IMG/VR virus record: IMGVR_UViG_3300013121_000017
Coordinates: 32,001-96,000 of that record
Origin: a virus
Lineage: Duplodnaviria > Caudoviricetes
DNA: 64,000 nt
Strand: one strand, 5' to 3'
Below the pieces are notes generated by a model, which was given only the letters and a program-made list of their open reading frames with translations, was not told the origin of the DNA and searched no databases. Positions within the stretch are counted from its first letter, which is position 1, and every line of letters starts with the position of its first letter. Shown piece by piece: positions 29,829 to 39,202 of the stretch. The position numbers and the translations under genes were made by a program.

Positions 29829-30868
29829 TTTCTCCTCCTGCGGGTTGTCGGAATACCAGCCAAGACAAGTGCATCGGCAAAAAAGTTCTCGCTAATGACA
29901 TTTCCACGACGGTGATAGTGATCCCTGCTGGTATCCATTTCCTTGCGATGTTTGTCGGCAAGATACCTGCCAACCTTTTCCCACTTGGCCTTGTCGTCAG
30001 CAGCCTTGTCGCCGGAAGAAGGATGGGTGTCGAGGATTTTCTTGATTTCTGGATCGTGACCTGCGGCCCCAGTATTAGCTGCATGAATAGCGTCACTGAC
30101 GACCTTGGGATCGGTAGCATCTGGATCACCACCATAACCACCGCCAGTACCACCACCGCCAGTACCACCACCGCCAGTACCACCACCGCCAGTACCACCA
30201 CCGCCAGTACCACCACCGCCAGTACCACCGGCAGTACCGTCATCTTCTTTTGGTATCGGTGCTAGTTCTTCGTCGCCCTTCAGACCAGCCAACTGTCCCT
30301 CAAGCTCCTGAACGTAATTCGGATCTCTCTTGATGGCGTCGGCCACCTGAAGCATCCTAGACTTCTCGCTCAGGTTTTTCATGGTTGACAGGACACCATC
30401 AAGTTCTTTGCTGAACTCATCGTATCCTTCAACACCACTGCCCTTGGTTTGTTGAAGATCCTCGGGGATTTTGATGGTCTTGACGACGCTGGCGACTTTG
30501 GTCATTGACGTAAGTGCCTTGTCGAAGTTCTTGGCCGCGCCACCACCACTGAAAAGATCCTTCAACCAGTCAAGAATGCCGCCATGTGGAACTTCGCCCG
30601 GTGGACGGGCGGCATCTCCCTTGGTAGATGCCGCCGCATCTGTCGCTGGTTTTTCACCTGCGGCAGCAACTGTCGGGCCGGGAACAGCATCCGCCTCCAA
30701 ATAGAATGCTTCGAGGAGCGGCTCATACAGGTGCGGGAAGCGTTCCTCGGCAAAATCCAAAATGAACTTCTGAGGATCTTCAGTCTTACGCGCCAGTTCT
30801 CTGGACACCTCACCTAGTTTGAGGAGCCGGCTGCGATCCGACATGTAAGTTTTGAACTTCAGCATCAT
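29825..30868 (-). CDS. hypothetical protein with leader-like N-terminus and Gly/Thr linker
   Basis: MMLKFKTYM; (GGGGT)n tract; several L/I-x-E sites. Confidence 0.65.
   Translation of the reverse strand: MMLKFKTYMSDRSRLLKLGEVSRELARKTEDPQKFILDFAEERFPHLYEPLLEAFYLEADAVPGPTVAAAGEKPATDAAASTKGDAARPPGEVPHGGILDWLKDLFSGGGAAKNFDKALTSMTKVASVVKTIKIPEDLQQTKGSGVEGYDEFSKELDGVLSTMKNLSEKSRMLQVADAIKRDPNYVQELEGQLAGLKGDEELAPIPKEDDGTAGGTGGGGTGGGGTGGGGTGGGGTGGGGTGGGYGGDPDATDPKVVSDAIHAANTGAAGHDPEIKKILDTHPSSGDKAADDKAKWEKVGRYLADKHRKEMDTSRDHYHRRGNVISENFFADALVLAGIPTTRRRRK
30135..30232 (-). repeat. 15-bp tandem repeat encoding GGTGG
   Basis: CCGCCAGTACCACCA repeated about 6 times. Confidence 0.9.
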
Positions 30869-31728
30869 TCCCCTTCGTCGTGTTCGATCTTTTCCCAGTC
30901 GATGGTCTGCCAGCCCAGTGTGGCGTATGGCAGTCTTGGGAGGCCAGTCTTTGGGTTATGTATGAAACTCAGCGTCTGATTCTCCATCGCATCCCAGGTC
31001 TTGAAAGCCCCGATTGGGATCACCATCGAGATGTTGTTCAACATAGCCGGGAAGCCACGGAACGTCGTGACTTTGATGGCCTGGGTCATGCCAATGACCT
31101 TGTTGTTCTTGTAGAACGTCGGCCCGCCACTATCACCAAAGATAGTAAACACGCTTGTGCGATACACATCGGTTGTATGTTTTCCTACCTTGCCCTTCAG
31201 AGAGGTGACTCGACCCAACTCAAGCCTGGGGTCTTCTCCCATACCACACCCGAAATGGAAGATTTCGTTGCCGATGCAAAGTTTGCGAGCAAAGTCGAGT
31301 TCGACGGTGGGTTGTTTGGTTGGCGTTCGGAACAAGAGGATTGCTAGGTCCATATCCTCATTCTGAGCATAGACGAGCAGTGGGTAGCGATCCCAGGTTT
31401 TGAAGGTGGTTCCGTCCTTCTCGTATACGGCAATGTCGGCGAAGAAGTTCTCGTCGGGGTCGTTGATGCAGTGGCAGCAAGTCAGCGCGACGTTGAAGTA
31501 GTCGTCGCCCATCTTCTCGGATCGAACAACGAAGCCGCTACTCTTTTGAGTTATGCCTGTGTTGGAGACACGAATGGTTGGATAGAGGCATTTTTTGTGA
31601 AGTGCTGCGTCAAAGTCACGTTCAACGTGTGCTTTGACAGGGTGAGTTTTGTTTGCCTGGACGGGAGTAAGCAAAAGCGAACTACCGATACACAGGGTTG
31701 CGAGCAGAATTGGAATGAGTTTTGTCAT
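30865..31728 (-). CDS. trypsin-like serine protease with signal peptide
   Basis: Hydrophobic N-terminus ending VQA; LTCCHC, DLAIL, GDSGGP. Confidence 0.85.
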   Translation of the reverse strand: MTKLIPILLATLCIGSSLLLTPVQANKTHPVKAHVERDFDAALHKKCLYPTIRVSNTGITQKSSGFVVRSEKMGDDYFNVALTCCHCINDPDENFFADIAVYEKDGTTFKTWDRYPLLVYAQNEDMDLAILLFRTPTKQPTVELDFARKLCIGNEIFHFGCGMGEDPRLELGRVTSLKGKVGKHTTDVYRTSVFTIFGDSGGPTFYKNNKVIGMTQAIKVTTFRGFPAMLNNISMVIPIGAFKTWDAMENQTLSFIHNPKTGLPRLPYATLGWQTIDWEKIEHDEGE

Positions 31729-31770
31729 GTGTATCTAACGGGGTGAGAATACCAGTTTAGAGGAGGCTTC

Positions 31771-33033
31771 ATGTCCATGCTCGAAGATGCCAAAAAACAG
31801 TTGGACGCAGCTTTTCAATACGCCGAGATCGACGCCGAAAGCTGGGAGAAACTTCAACACCCGCAGAGAACTGTACAAGCTAGTCTCCCGATGAGGCATG
31901 ATGACGGCACTCTGAAAATCTACAAGGCTTTCAGATGCCAGTACGACAACAGTCTTGGGCCGACCAAAGGAGGTATTCGTTACCATCTCGGAGTAGACCG
32001 AGATCACTGCGAAGCACTTGCCTTTTGGATGACTTTCAAATGTGCCGCTCTTCAGTTGCCATTCGGTGGTGCTAAGGGCGGCATCTGCGTTGATGCAACC
32101 AAGCTGTCACACCGAGAACTGGAAAGATTGAGCAAGGCTTACATCGTTGCTTTCGCAGACTTCATCGGCCCCGACTCAGACATCCCAGCACCAGATATGT
32201 ACACCGACGAGCGCACAATGGGCTGGATGTATTCTGAATATCGTAAGATCAAAGGCGGTCATCCTCTCGGGGTTATTACCGGCAAGCCTGTCGCTCTGGG
32301 CGGGATCGAGGGTCGGGGCAGTGCAACTGGCTATGGTGGATTCTATGTCTTGGAGACACTCCTCAACAATCACATGCACGCAGCAAAGCTCAAGCCCAAG
32401 GAAGAACTGACAGTTGCAATCCAGGGTTTTGGCAAAGTCGGCTACTGGATGGCTGAGAAGTGTTGGCGCAACCGTGTCCGCGTCGTCGCGATCAGCAACG
32501 AGTTCGGCGGTTGTTACGACCCAGACGGCATCAACGTTCCCAAGGTCCGCGAAAGATTAGATGCAACTGGCGGAAAAGAATGGGGCCAGGGGGAGTCAAT
32601 TAGCAATGCGGATCTGCTGAAGCTGAACGTGGACGTACTGGTTCCGGCTGCCATCGAGAATGTGATCACGAAGGACAATGCCGACCAGATCAACGCGAAG
32701 ATGATACTCGAACTCGCCAACGGACCTACCACCCTGGAAGCCGACGCCATCCTCTGTGACAGAGGGATTGTTTGCATTCCAGACGTGTTGGCCAATGCTG
32801 GCGGGGTCGTTGTCAGCTATTTCGAGTGGCGGCAAAACCGCACCGGAGAGAAGTGGCCGTTGACTAAGGTTGACGACACCCTCAAATCCATGATGCAGAG
32901 CGCAACAAATGAAGTGATGACACACAGTCAAAAGCACTCAATCCCTGTTCGCACTTCAACTTACGCAATCGCCCTCCACCGGATAGGGGAGGCCAATGAC
33001 TGCCTGGGGACGAAGTCATTTTTCCGGTCTTGA
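31771..33033 (+). CDS. gdhA: Glu/Leu/Phe/Val dehydrogenase (glutamate dehydrogenase)
   Basis: GPTKGGIRY, MTFKCA, GGAKGG, DIPAPD, TGKP, QGFGKVG, ELANGP, ANAGGVVVSYFEW. Confidence 0.92.
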   Translation: MSMLEDAKKQLDAAFQYAEIDAESWEKLQHPQRTVQASLPMRHDDGTLKIYKAFRCQYDNSLGPTKGGIRYHLGVDRDHCEALAFWMTFKCAALQLPFGGAKGGICVDATKLSHRELERLSKAYIVAFADFIGPDSDIPAPDMYTDERTMGWMYSEYRKIKGGHPLGVITGKPVALGGIEGRGSATGYGGFYVLETLLNNHMHAAKLKPKEELTVAIQGFGKVGYWMAEKCWRNRVRVVAISNEFGGCYDPDGINVPKVRERLDATGGKEWGQGESISNADLLKLNVDVLVPAAIENVITKDNADQINAKMILELANGPTTLEADAILCDRGIVCIPDVLANAGGVVVSYFEWRQNRTGEKWPLTKVDDTLKSMMQSATNEVMTHSQKHSIPVRTSTYAIALHRIGEANDCLGTKSFFRS

Positions 33034-33037
33034 CGTG

Positions 33038-33262
33038 TTATTTGACGATGACATCGGGGACGAAAACGTTTAGAATGACTACACGTTTTCCGTTGTTAAT
33101 GACAACGCATGCGTCGTTTCTGGCGGGGTCGAACGACTGAACTGCCCAGGACGAGAGCGGAATCTTCTGGAGCATGATGGTAACCGGGTTGTCCGGGCCG
33201 AGGGCTGCCAGTAGAGTAGTCTGCGAGATTCGCTGCGTGTTTTGACAAGCGGTTTGCGGCAT
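33038..33262 (-). CDS. small hypothetical protein
   Basis: MPQTACQN start 4 nt after TAAATA. Confidence 0.55.
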   Translation of the reverse strand: MPQTACQNTQRISQTTLLAALGPDNPVTIMLQKIPLSSWAVQSFDPARNDACVVINNGKRVVILNVFVPDVIVK

Positions 33263-33280
33263 GTAGTATTTAGGAGACAG

Positions 33281-33604
33281 ATGACGGAAAGCAATCAAGA
33301 CGCATTCTTCTTCCAGGGCAAAGAGAAGATGGAGGCGTGGTGTACGGCATGCCGAAACACGCACCGGCCTGGGCAAGGATGGTTCTGGAGTGGTCTAAAA
33401 GGCTACGGCCCGTGGGATGTGAAGTGTCACTCCTGCGGCACATACATTCATCGGGTGAACAATGCCAAAGACAGCAAGAAAAAAGGCCGCAAAGCCCAAG
33501 GCCGCAAAGCTCAGGGCGGTAAAGCCCAAAGCCGAAAAACACATTCTCAGACCCGCGTTCAAGTGTCACGGCGGAAAGGCGTATCTCAAGAACTGGATCA
33601 TTGA
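33281..33604 (+). CDS. zinc-ribbon protein
   Basis: CTAC...CHSCG; AGGAG SD. Confidence 0.6.
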   Translation: MTESNQDAFFFQGKEKMEAWCTACRNTHRPGQGWFWSGLKGYGPWDVKCHSCGTYIHRVNNAKDSKKKGRKAQGRKAQGGKAQSRKTHSQTRVQVSRRKGVSQELDH

Positions 33605-34352
33605 GAACTTTCCCAAGAACGCTGAAGAGATGGTGTACGTCGAACCCTACGCGGGAGCGGCGAGCGTTCTCTTCAACAAGCCCCCTGGACCGGAAGAGGT
33701 TTTGAACGACCTCCATCCCGGCATCATCGAGATCTTCAAGGCGATTCGCGATCAGCCGAATGAGTTCGTGAAGAAACTGAAGCGTCTGTCCTACAACGAG
33801 CGAACCTTCAACAAGGCTTTGAAGAAGGCCGAGGAAGGCGTGTTCCCGGTCAAGCTTGACTTGGCCGTGAACGAATACGTTTTGCGACGGATGTCACGGG
33901 GCGGCATGAAGAACGCCTTCGCCTGGAGCGAACGCCTTCGCGGCGGTCAGCCCGGCGACGTAAATGCCTGGGAAACGGCTCTGGAACAAATCCCACTCTT
34001 GTCCGAGCGGCTTCAGACAGTTTACATCTTCAACAAGCCGGCTCTGGAGGTCATCCGCAGCTTCAACAGGAAAGACACCCTGCTGTACGTTGATCCGCCT
34101 TACCTGCACTCGACACGGGCCGCAAAACAGGTCTACGAAAAGTTCGAGATGACAGAGGACGATCACCGCAAGCTGCTTGATGCCCTGTGTTGTTTCCGTG
34201 GCAAGGTCATCGTCAGCGGTTACGACTCCGAGCTTTACAACGAGTTCTTCGCCAACTGGACGAAAGTGACGCGGGACATCGTGAACCACAGCAGCCAGTC
34301 GAAGATCAAGGAATACAAAACCGAGATCCTCTGGAAGAACTTCACGGAGTAG
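33462..34352 (+). CDS. dam: DNA adenine methyltransferase (Dam/D12 class)
   Basis: GGK, YVEPYAGAASV, LND, YVDPPY, SGY, TEILWKNF. Confidence 0.88.
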   Translation: MPKTARKKAAKPKAAKLRAVKPKAEKHILRPAFKCHGGKAYLKNWIIENFPKNAEEMVYVEPYAGAASVLFNKPPGPEEVLNDLHPGIIEIFKAIRDQPNEFVKKLKRLSYNERTFNKALKKAEEGVFPVKLDLAVNEYVLRRMSRGGMKNAFAWSERLRGGQPGDVNAWETALEQIPLLSERLQTVYIFNKPALEVIRSFNRKDTLLYVDPPYLHSTRAAKQVYEKFEMTEDDHRKLLDALCCFRGKVIVSGYDSELYNEFFANWTKVTRDIVNHSSQSKIKEYKTEILWKNFTE

Positions 34353-34393
34353 TTCGCCTCGAAACGTGTCCACAGTTGACACACGGAGTAACC

Positions 34394-34714
34394 ATGAAAG
34401 AAGCACTGGGTTCCGCACGCAACCTCACCCTGGTCGCCCAGGAGGACGGCAGCCTGCTGCCGATGATCGAGACTGTAATCATCGTCACGGAGCCACGCTT
34501 CGAGATCGCCAAGGAAGGTCTGGTCAAGGTCATCTCGTCCGACACACTTCGTTTCGTCGCATGTCCTGAAGTCCTCCGCGCCCTCTCTGAGCAGTTCGCA
34601 ACTTGGGCTGACGAAGCCGATGAGCTTGCGGATAGATACCCGCATGACGTTCAGGGAGTGGCTACTGAAGACGGAAGCAGAGATCGGGGTGCAGTACAGC
34701 AACCCGGTCAATGA
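34394..34714 (+). CDS. hypothetical protein
   Basis: GGAG SD before MKEALG. Confidence 0.55.
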   Translation: MKEALGSARNLTLVAQEDGSLLPMIETVIIVTEPRFEIAKEGLVKVISSDTLRFVACPEVLRALSEQFATWADEADELADRYPHDVQGVATEDGSRDRGAVQQPGQ

Positions 34715-34865
34715 TGACCGCTACGCTGAGAAGGGCGTGAAAAGCAACCGGGAGGGTGACAAAGCTCCCACGGTTCCTGGCCCTTGGAACGTAGACCCCG
34801 ACGACATGTACCTCACCGGCAAAAAGCGGGCGAGGGCGAAAAAGCAGCACGTCCAGCCTAAATAA
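34644..34865 (+). CDS. small protein with capsid-targeting-like leader
   Basis: MTFREWLLKTE; TAGATA 5 nt upstream. Confidence 0.7.
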   Translation: MTFREWLLKTEAEIGVQYSNPVNDDRYAEKGVKSNREGDKAPTVPGPWNVDPDDMYLTGKKRARAKKQHVQPK

Positions 34866-34885
34866 GAAAGCTCCAAAGGAGGACT

Positions 34886-35194
34886 ATGAACCCGAAGCCA
34901 GCAATCACCTTCAGCGTCAACACCGAAACCCTCAACAGGCAGGGACATCTCGTCCCGAACCGTCTTGAGGCAGCCGGCAACGAAACCCGCGCCGAGGCTG
35001 ATGACCAGAAGTTCCGTCGCACCATTGCAATGATCCCAGGTCTGACAATGGGCAACATGCCCAACAACTACCACCACGGTGAAACGTTCACCTTGTATGG
35101 CAAGGAAGCTCTGTACATGAAGGAACTCTACTGCAAGGGCAACGCCGACGATCTTCTGACTGTCGTCTCCACCGACTGGGATGACCACGGATAA
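34886..35194 (+). CDS. hypothetical protein
   Basis: TAAATA and AAGGAGG upstream. Confidence 0.65.
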   Translation: MNPKPAITFSVNTETLNRQGHLVPNRLEAAGNETRAEADDQKFRRTIAMIPGLTMGNMPNNYHHGETFTLYGKEALYMKELYCKGNADDLLTVVSTDWDDHG

Positions 35195-35204
35195 AGGAGC
35201 CTAC

Positions 35205-35525
35205 ATGGTGTCGTTCCACAAAATCATGGAACACATGGAGGCATACCGAGAAGAGAAGACTCACAGCAACGACAGGAAAGCAGTAGAGGCCATTCGCAAC
35301 GGCCTCAACGTCAGCGAAGACTTCTGGGACAACTTCCTGTTGGTGCTGAACAACTCTGGCGCTCTGTCTGAACTCCTTGGCGTTCCGACGACCAAGATCG
35401 CTTCGTGGCGGTCCCGCGTCCAGAAGTACCTAGACCAAGTCCAGGCCGAGGACGACGTACCAGATCCCAAGAAGCGTGCGAAGATGATTCGTGCGGAGAA
35501 AGATCCGTTTGACTTTGATTGGTAA
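35205..35525 (+). CDS. hypothetical protein, leader-like N-terminus, possible HTH
   Basis: MVSFHKIMEHME; LSELLGVPTTKIASW; AAGGAG SD. Confidence 0.6.
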   Translation: MVSFHKIMEHMEAYREEKTHSNDRKAVEAIRNGLNVSEDFWDNFLLVLNNSGALSELLGVPTTKIASWRSRVQKYLDQVQAEDDVPDPKKRAKMIRAEKDPFDFDW

Positions 35526-35542
35526 CCCAGGAAAGAGGACCG

Positions 35543-35839
35543 ATGGGAAAGTTTGGGAAGTGGCTTGAGAACAAGAACCCGCAGGCTGTGAATGAGTTCA
35601 ATACCCTTGACCGCGCACAGCAAAAGTCAGACAAGGCTTATAGCGGGGTCAGTGATAGCAAGTTCAACACGACTGGAGGTCTTGCACAGATCATCCAGGG
35701 CGAGCTTGAGCAAATCTTGAAGCGGCGTGAAACCGAAGATCCCACGCAGGACAAGACAGCCATCCTCAACGCAATGAAGATCGCGTACAAAAATATCGTC
35801 GCCGCTCACCAAGCACAAGCCGCCGCCCCTGCGAAGTAA
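35543..35839 (+). CDS. small protein with capsid-targeting-like leader
   Basis: MGKFGKWLENKNPQAVNE; GAGG SD. Confidence 0.65.
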   Translation: MGKFGKWLENKNPQAVNEFNTLDRAQQKSDKAYSGVSDSKFNTTGGLAQIIQGELEQILKRRETEDPTQDKTAILNAMKIAYKNIVAAHQAQAAAPAK

Positions 35840-35858
35840 GGCATATAATTGGGGTGAG

Positions 35859-36884
35859 ATGATCAAAGATGTAAAGGTTGTTCACCAGAAGGCGTCACGC
35901 AAAGAACTGCAAGAAAAGATCAAGAAGGCACTGGCCAACAAGCCAACAGCGGCGTCTATCGCAAATCGCTCCACACCCATAGCTCCTATGGCTGCGGCGA
36001 CTCCACGTCCAGCTACCCAAGCGAGGCAGCCCGTGAAGTCGATCAAAAAGAACATGAACAAACGCCCTCGCTCCGAGGGCAGAACAACTCCCGCAACCTT
36101 CCTGACTGGCGAGGCATACCTGCTAGAACAGGAGTGCCGTCGTCGTGCTATGGGGCCGTTCAAGGGCGCACCGCCTTTCCCTCCGAACTACATCGGAACC
36201 TACAAGCATTCTGGCGACCTTGGCGACCTCTGGTACAGCCTGCCAATCATCCGCTACTACGGCCTGGGTGATCTCTACTTGGCAGTGGACGCATTGAAGT
36301 CAACCAAGTGTGATGGAACTCGCAGCGGCCTAAGTGAAAATCTCATCAAGCTCGCCAAACCGCTTCTCGAAGCCCAACCCTACATTCGAGAATGCAAGAT
36401 CTGGAAAAACGAGAAGGTGGACGTAGACATTGACATCTTCAGAAAAGTCAACCTCTACGGCGACATCAACCTCTGCGAGCTTATCCTGAAGAACTCTGGC
36501 GTCCCGTTCGAGGCCAGTGAAGAACCCTGGATTACCTGCGACAAGAAACGTGTTGCAGCCAGGGTGTTCGCCCGATCTCCACGTTATTGGAACCCCAACG
36601 TGGACTACACCGAAATCTACAACGCCTACAAGACAGATGCAGTATTTGTCGGCTTGCCATACGAACATCAACTGTTCGAGAACAAAGTCGGTCCCATCCC
36701 GTACTATCCAGTGAAGGACTTCTTGGAGATGGCTGAGGTCATCAACGGCGCGGACGTGTTCATCGGCAACCAGTCAAGTCCAATGGCGATAGCCATTGGC
36801 CTCGGCGTCAAGTACATCCAAGAGGTCTGTACGAACTGTCCGAACTGCATGTTCTCAAGGGAGAATGCGAAATACCTCACATGA
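35859..36884 (+). CDS. GT9-like glycosyltransferase with basic disordered N-terminus
   Basis: HSGDLGD, PLLEAQPYI, DFLEMAEVINGADVFIGNQSSPMAIAIGLG. Confidence 0.65.
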   Translation: MIKDVKVVHQKASRKELQEKIKKALANKPTAASIANRSTPIAPMAAATPRPATQARQPVKSIKKNMNKRPRSEGRTTPATFLTGEAYLLEQECRRRAMGPFKGAPPFPPNYIGTYKHSGDLGDLWYSLPIIRYYGLGDLYLAVDALKSTKCDGTRSGLSENLIKLAKPLLEAQPYIRECKIWKNEKVDVDIDIFRKVNLYGDINLCELILKNSGVPFEASEEPWITCDKKRVAARVFARSPRYWNPNVDYTEIYNAYKTDAVFVGLPYEHQLFENKVGPIPYYPVKDFLEMAEVINGADVFIGNQSSPMAIAIGLGVKYIQEVCTNCPNCMFSRENAKYLT

Positions 36885-37864
36885 AAAAAGCCTTTATCAC
36901 TGGTGCAACTGGACAAGATGGTTCGTACTTGGCAGAGCTTTTGCTTTCCAAGGGATATGAAGTTCACGCTCTGGTCCGTCGCACGGCAGCCGAGAGTGAC
37001 GACGTTCGATTCAAGCGAATCAAGCATATCTTGAAAGACATTCATGTCGTCGCTGGAACCATCGAGAACTACCAAAGTATCCACAACGCTCTGTCTGCTG
37101 TCAAGCCAGACGAGATCTACCACCTCGCCGCACAGAGTTTCGTTGCCGACTCATTTGTGGATGAGTTCACTACCACCAAGACCAACATCGAAGGTACACA
37201 CAACATCCTGGCATGTGCCAAAGCCATCGTGCCGAAATGTCGCTTTTACTTCGCCGGCTCCAGCGAGCAATTCGGCGAAGTCTTGGAAACACCACAGAAA
37301 GAAACCACGCCATTCAACCCGCGTAGCGTCTACGGCGTCTCCAAGTGTGCCGGCTTCCATCTGACCAAGCACTACCGAAACGCTCATGGCATGCACGCCT
37401 CGTCTGGGTTGCTGTTCAATCATGAGAGTCCTCGTCGTGGCAAGGAATTTGTCACACGAAAAATCACATGGACCGTTCCACGCATTCACATGGGCAAGGA
37501 GGAAAAACTCCACCTTGGCAACCTTGACGCTCTCAGAGACTGGGGTCACGCAAAAGACTACGTCGAAGCCATGTGGTTGATGCTTCAACAGGACAAGGCA
37601 GACGACTATGTCATCGCAACAGGACAGAAACACTCAGTCAGAGATTTCTGCAAAGCTGCATTCGGCTACTACGGCATGGACTATGAACAGTACGTCGTGG
37701 TCGATCCCAAGTTCTTCAGGCCGACCGATGTCAACCTGCTGCTGGGAGATGCAACCAAAGCAAAAGAAGTCCTCGGCTGGCAGCCGAAGACTTCTTTCGA
37801 GGACTTGGTAAGGCAAATGATCGAGTCAGACTACGAAGACCTTCGCAAGATCATGAACATGTGA
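36881..37864 (+). CDS. gmd: GDP-mannose 4,6-dehydratase
   Basis: ITGATGQDGSYLAELLL, PDEIYHLAAQS, FNHESPRRG, FVTRKI, GNLDALRDWGHAKDYV. Confidence 0.95.
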   Translation: MKKAFITGATGQDGSYLAELLLSKGYEVHALVRRTAAESDDVRFKRIKHILKDIHVVAGTIENYQSIHNALSAVKPDEIYHLAAQSFVADSFVDEFTTTKTNIEGTHNILACAKAIVPKCRFYFAGSSEQFGEVLETPQKETTPFNPRSVYGVSKCAGFHLTKHYRNAHGMHASSGLLFNHESPRRGKEFVTRKITWTVPRIHMGKEEKLHLGNLDALRDWGHAKDYVEAMWLMLQQDKADDYVIATGQKHSVRDFCKAAFGYYGMDYEQYVVVDPKFFRPTDVNLLLGDATKAKEVLGWQPKTSFEDLVRQMIESDYEDLRKIMNM

Positions 37865-38513
37865 TGTCTGCCAAGTGATCCGTAACCCTTCTCTTCTGGA
37901 ACACGGTAACGCCGTGTTCCGTTTGGAAGGTCAATGCACGGAGATCGCCGCTGCGAATCAGGGCTTTCATTTCTTCTGGCACGCCGCCGAACCAGTCGAA
38001 CTCAAGACACCACAGATCGTGAATGCAGATGATGCCGCCCGGCACGACGCGGGGGAACAAAGTCAGCAACTCCTGATACCGCTCCTTCAGTTCCGTATCA
38101 AGCCAGAGGAAGTCAAACTTCTCGTCCCTCAGACCGGCGAAGTAGGTGTGCGTTGACAGGTTCAGAACAGTCACATTGTCCAGACCCATTGTTCTGAACT
38201 TCTCCCGCGCCTTGTTCGCAACTGTCCCGTCGTGTTCAATGGTAATCAGCTTACCGCCCAGTCCATTGTCCTTCAACGCCAGAGCGATGTAGGACGCACT
38301 CACGCCGATGTTCGTGCCTGTTTCCAGCACGGTCATCGGCTTTGTCGTTCTGACAAGCCCGTAGAGCAGTTCCCCTTCTTCAACGGAGATCCCGGTGGGG
38401 TCATTCAGATGTTGCAGATCAGAGTGGCTGAACTGCTTCTCTCTGGACCCCTGTGAAACAGGAACCAGTTTTTTGGTCTTGTCCAGTGCGAGCAGCTTTT
38501 CGGTAGGTGTCAT
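37851..38513 (-). CDS. class I SAM O-methyltransferase (Methyltransf_24-like)
   Basis: VLETGTNIGVS, ITIE, DFLWLD, PGGIICIHD. Confidence 0.82.
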   Translation of the reverse strand: MTPTEKLLALDKTKKLVPVSQGSREKQFSHSDLQHLNDPTGISVEEGELLYGLVRTTKPMTVLETGTNIGVSASYIALALKDNGLGGKLITIEHDGTVANKAREKFRTMGLDNVTVLNLSTHTYFAGLRDEKFDFLWLDTELKERYQELLTLFPRVVPGGIICIHDLWCLEFDWFGGVPEEMKALIRSGDLRALTFQTEHGVTVFQKRRVTDHLADITCS

Positions 38514-39202
38514 ATTGTGTCCAGTCTGAATACAAAGAGTCGGTTGATGCCATCAGCAGAGTGTCCATCGCCGAACTCGGCAGAGACATCGTTGTGGTGA
38601 GGGAAACAGGCGCGGAAGTCCTCAAACGTCCGCTCGTCCAGCTTGTGAAACTCGCCGACGATGTGGAGTACCTTGTCCTTCGCCGACGACTCCGCGATGG
38701 CCCACTCGCCACCCTCACAGTCAGTCTTCAGCAGTGTAATGTACTCGTATTTTTCGAGCAGGATGTCGAGATCCACCATCGGCACAACAACGGCTTGGGC
38801 GTTTTCGGAAGGTTTGTTCTGAGCCACAAAGCGGTGCGTCTTCGAGAACTCAGTCGAAGGGTCATTCCAGTAGATGAGATTGCGACCAATAGCTGCCGGC
38901 ACGACCTTGATCTTCTTTGCTAGTTCCGGGTTCAAACCCAGGTTCAGTTGCAGGTTCTCAAGGTTCTCTGGCAGTGGTTCCACAGCCACGCACTCCATGC
39001 CCAGTTGTGCAGCCAGCAAGGAAGCGTGTGCGCCGTATGCTCCGATGTCCACGAAGACGCCGCCGGCCTCAGCCAGCTTGCGGATGTGGTACTCGTCCGA
39101 CTCGATCTCGCCCATGCCGATGATGCAAATGGCGATGTTTTTGTCGGTACTGTCGGGCCTACAAGCAATCTTGATGCCCCTGAAGTCAACAACTTCGCTC
39201 AT
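38510..39202 (-). CDS. FkbM-family methyltransferase
   Basis: VDIGAYGA, AVEP, LLKTDCEGGE, GEFH. Confidence 0.82.
   Translation of the reverse strand: MSEVVDFRGIKIACRPDSTDKNIAICIIGMGEIESDEYHIRKLAEAGGVFVDIGAYGAHASLLAAQLGMECVAVEPLPENLENLQLNLGLNPELAKKIKVVPAAIGRNLIYWNDPSTEFSKTHRFVAQNKPSENAQAVVVPMVDLDILLEKYEYITLLKTDCEGGEWAIAESSAKDKVLHIVGEFHKLDERTFEDFRACFPHHNDVSAEFGDGHSADGINRLFVFRLDTI

Noticed and set aside
33462-33604. A-AAA-AAG slippery site in the zinc-ribbon/dam overlap
   Set aside because: A -1 shift from the dam frame would only give a short truncated product; the Lys-rich coding explains the A-run
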